Source of the DNA: an uncultured Chloroflexia bacterium
GTDB lineage: Bacteria > Chloroflexota > Dehalococcoidia > DSTF01 > JALHUB01
DNA length: 64,000 nucleotides
Reading direction: 5' to 3'
Assembly (NCBI GenBank): GCA_963726245.1
Contig: CAVSBT010000030.1
Coordinates: 64,001 to 128,000, forward strand
The notes under the pieces were generated by a model. That model had not been told where the DNA came from. It searched no databases and saw nothing but the letters and a program-made list of their open reading frames with translations. The position numbers were made by a program, and so were the translations under genes. Each line of letters opens with the position of its first letter. Position 1 is the stretch's first letter. Positions 61,644 to 64,000 of this stretch are shown here, one piece after another.

Positions 61644-63272
61644 GTGGCCCTGCGACTGCCGCACCAACGTACTATAATCGTCGTTGTGAGAGCTTTCGCA
61701 TTCCTGAGGCGGCGACGGGTCGGGATAGCGGCCACGGTCGCCGGCACGGCGCTGCTGGTCGGCACGCTCGCTCCCTTTCAGCACCATGTCGGCCTGCTGA
61801 ACGAGGGCCTGCTGTTCCTCCTGCTGACCCTTCTCGTCTCTTCGACGTGGGGATGGCTGGTCGGAGTCTTCGCCGCCGTTCTCTGCAACCTGGCGCTCAA
61901 CTTCTTCTTCGTTCCGCCGCTGCACACGTTCACCGTGCACCACCCCACCAACGTATTCGCCTTGTTCCTGTTTCTACTGGTGTCGGTCGTCGGTGGTTCT
62001 CTGCTCTCGATAGCGCGTGCCGCCGCGAGCCAGGCCCGGCGCCGGCAGGCAGAGACTGAAGTGCTGCTCTCCTTGAGCCGGACGATGATCGGACGGACGG
62101 AGCCACACGCCGCCCTCATAGCGCTCTGCCAGGAGGTGGTTCAGGCGTTCGATGCGCGCGGCGCGGCCGTGCTCAGCGGCGCCGACGGAAGCTGGACGCT
62201 TCTCGCCTTCGCCGGCGCGGATTCGGCCGGGCGGCAGCCGGACGCCGAGGAGCGCGCGATGGCGGGGCGGGCCGTCGCCGAGGGCATGTCGGTGATGCTG
62301 GGACAAACCGGCCTGAGCACCCGACGCCGGCCCCGTATCGTGAGCCCACGGGTTGCCGCGCTCAGCACGGAAGGGCCACGCCGCAGCATAGCGCTCGTAC
62401 CGCTCAGAGTCGGGGACCGGACGCTCGGCGTTCTCCGCCTCGACGGGCCGATCGGCGAGACCCCCTTCCGCGATCACCCCGACCGCCTGCTCGCCGCGGT
62501 CGCGAGCGAAGCCGCGCTGGCCCTCCAGCGCGTCGAGCTGGCGCAGGCGGCGGCGCACGCCGACGCGCTCATGCAGGCCGACGAGATGAAATCAGCGCTC
62601 CTCGCTTCCATCTCCCACGACCTGAAGACGCCGCTTGCGGGCATCAAGACGGGGGTTTCCAGCCTGCTCGATCGCAGCGTGAACTGGTCGCCGGAGGATG
62701 TGCGGGCGTTCCTGGAGACCATCGATTCGCAGGCCGACCGCCTGAACCGCGTGATCAGCGACGTCCTGGACCTCAACCGGATCGAGGCCGGCGCAGTCAC
62801 GCCGATGCCCAAGCCCGTGAACGCGCGAGAGCTTCTGCAAGAGGCAAGCGACAGAACAGCCCCGGTAACCGCCGGCCGCGACGTTCACGTTAACGTCCCG
62901 ACTGAGGTCCGCGTTCTTACGGACGAATCGCTCATCCTCCAGGCCCTGGTCAACCTCGTCGAGAACGCCGCGAAGTACTCGACGCCTGGCGGCTCGATCC
63001 GCCTGACCGGATCAGTGAAGGGGTCGGCCGTCGAGCTGTCCGTGGAGGATGATGGGCCTGGAATCGCGCCCGAGGACATCCCATATTTGTTCGAACGCTT
63101 CTACCGCGCGGCGGCGCACAGCCGGCGTGTCAAGGGCAGCGGCCTCGGGCTGTCGATAGTCAAAGGGTTCGTGGAGCTGTGCGGCGGCGCGGTGCGGGTC
63201 GAGAGCTCCGCCGCCGGCACCCGCTTCATAGTCACACTGCCCCTCGCCGGGCAGACGACATTGAGCGCATGA
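61644..63272 (+). CDS. KdpD-like sensor kinase (DUF4118 TM, GAF, HK) lacking the N-terminal KdpD/Usp domains
   Basis: LNFFFVPPLHTFTV, SISHDLKTPL, NLVENAAKYS, GSGLGLSI. Confidence 0.85.
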   Translation: MALRLPHQRTIIVVVRAFAFLRRRRVGIAATVAGTALLVGTLAPFQHHVGLLNEGLLFLLLTLLVSSTWGWLVGVFAAVLCNLALNFFFVPPLHTFTVHHPTNVFALFLFLLVSVVGGSLLSIARAAASQARRRQAETEVLLSLSRTMIGRTEPHAALIALCQEVVQAFDARGAAVLSGADGSWTLLAFAGADSAGRQPDAEERAMAGRAVAEGMSVMLGQTGLSTRRRPRIVSPRVAALSTEGPRRSIALVPLRVGDRTLGVLRLDGPIGETPFRDHPDRLLAAVASEAALALQRVELAQAAAHADALMQADEMKSALLASISHDLKTPLAGIKTGVSSLLDRSVNWSPEDVRAFLETIDSQADRLNRVISDVLDLNRIEAGAVTPMPKPVNARELLQEASDRTAPVTAGRDVHVNVPTEVRVLTDESLILQALVNLVENAAKYSTPGGSIRLTGSVKGSAVELSVEDDGPGIAPEDIPYLFERFYRAAAHSRRVKGSGLGLSIVKGFVELCGGAVRVESSAAGTRFIVTLPLAGQTTLSA

Positions 63273-63967
63273 CGGGGCCACGTATTCTCATTGTCGACGA
63301 TGAACCGCAGCTCCGCCGGGCGTTGAAGCGTGCTCTCGAGGGGCACGGCTACGCCGTACGCGAGGCAGAGGACGGCGTCAGCGCGCTCGCCGAGTTCCAG
63401 GCTTTCAAGCCTGACGTCGTGCTGCTGGACCTTGTGCTCCCCGACATGGGTGGCGTCGAGGTGTGCCGTGAGCTGCGGCGCGATCACCAGACGCCGATCA
63501 TCGTGCTGTCGGTCATCGGCGACGAGCGCACCAAGATCGCGGCGCTTGACGAGGGGGCGGACGACTACCTGACGAAGCCGTTTGCCGTCGGCGAGCTCCT
63601 CGCCCGCATACGTGTCGCCCTCCGGCGCGGCAGCTCGGACCGTGACCAGCGACCGGACATCAGCGTCGGGGAGCTCGCGATCGATCTCGAGAGCCGCACT
63701 GTGACGCTGCGCGGCCGGGCGGTTCACCTCACCCCAACCGAGTACAGCCTGCTCAAGTACCTGGCCACCAATGCGGGGAAGGCCCTGACCCACCCGATGA
63801 TCCTGCGCGCCGTCTGGGGCGGCGAGTACGCTGACGATTTCCACATTCTCCGGACCTACATCAACCAGCTACGTTCCAAGCTGGAGGCCGATCCGGCCAG
63901 CCCAACGTTCATCCTGACAGACCCGGGCGTCGGCTATCGCTTCGTGGAGCCCGACACGATTTCCTGA
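63269..63967 (+). CDS. kdpE: KdpE-like response regulator
   Basis: LTPTEYSLL, LRTYINQLRSKLE, TDPGVGYRF. Confidence 0.82.
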   Translation: MTGPRILIVDDEPQLRRALKRALEGHGYAVREAEDGVSALAEFQAFKPDVVLLDLVLPDMGGVEVCRELRRDHQTPIIVLSVIGDERTKIAALDEGADDYLTKPFAVGELLARIRVALRRGSSDRDQRPDISVGELAIDLESRTVTLRGRAVHLTPTEYSLLKYLATNAGKALTHPMILRAVWGGEYADDFHILRTYINQLRSKLEADPASPTFILTDPGVGYRFVEPDTIS

Positions 63968-64000
63968 CACTTCCCGTACTTCTTCATTGACGGGCCTGAC

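Overview
High-GC bacterial window, most likely from a Chloroflexota (Dehalococcoidia-like) genome. This is inferred from gene style and a VGG-TM-RRR C-terminal sorting tail, not from a database search. Many single-base frameshifts also hit housekeeping genes (pstS, phoR, A2M), so most are probably long-read errors. Core-like flanks: pbpC plus alpha-2-macroglobulin, a methyltransferase and phoPR-pstSCAB-phoU (1-15.2 kb); satP, a GT-C glycosyltransferase, five tRNAs, a low-GC glpA-type oxidoreductase trio, gltX, rluA, lspA, an MFS transporter and a kdpDE-like pair (49-64 kb). Between them lies a ~33 kb mosaic surface/biofilm island. It holds the distal part of a Tad pilus locus and a Pel/galactosaminogalactan-like polysaccharide set: PelF-like GT4, membrane partner, epimerase, YvcK, a fungal Agd3/CE18-like deacetylase on a ~750-aa Pro/Thr stalk with a dockerin, three Ega3/GH114 paralogs and a PelA-like hydrolase. 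It also carries a c-di-GMP-I riboswitch, a SipW operon with three secreted proteins sharing an AFESH mature N-terminus (candidate TasA/bundling-pilus-like fibre), a 155-bp non-coding element duplicated upstream of both the polysaccharide and fibre clusters, IS remnants and a small phage-like remnant.
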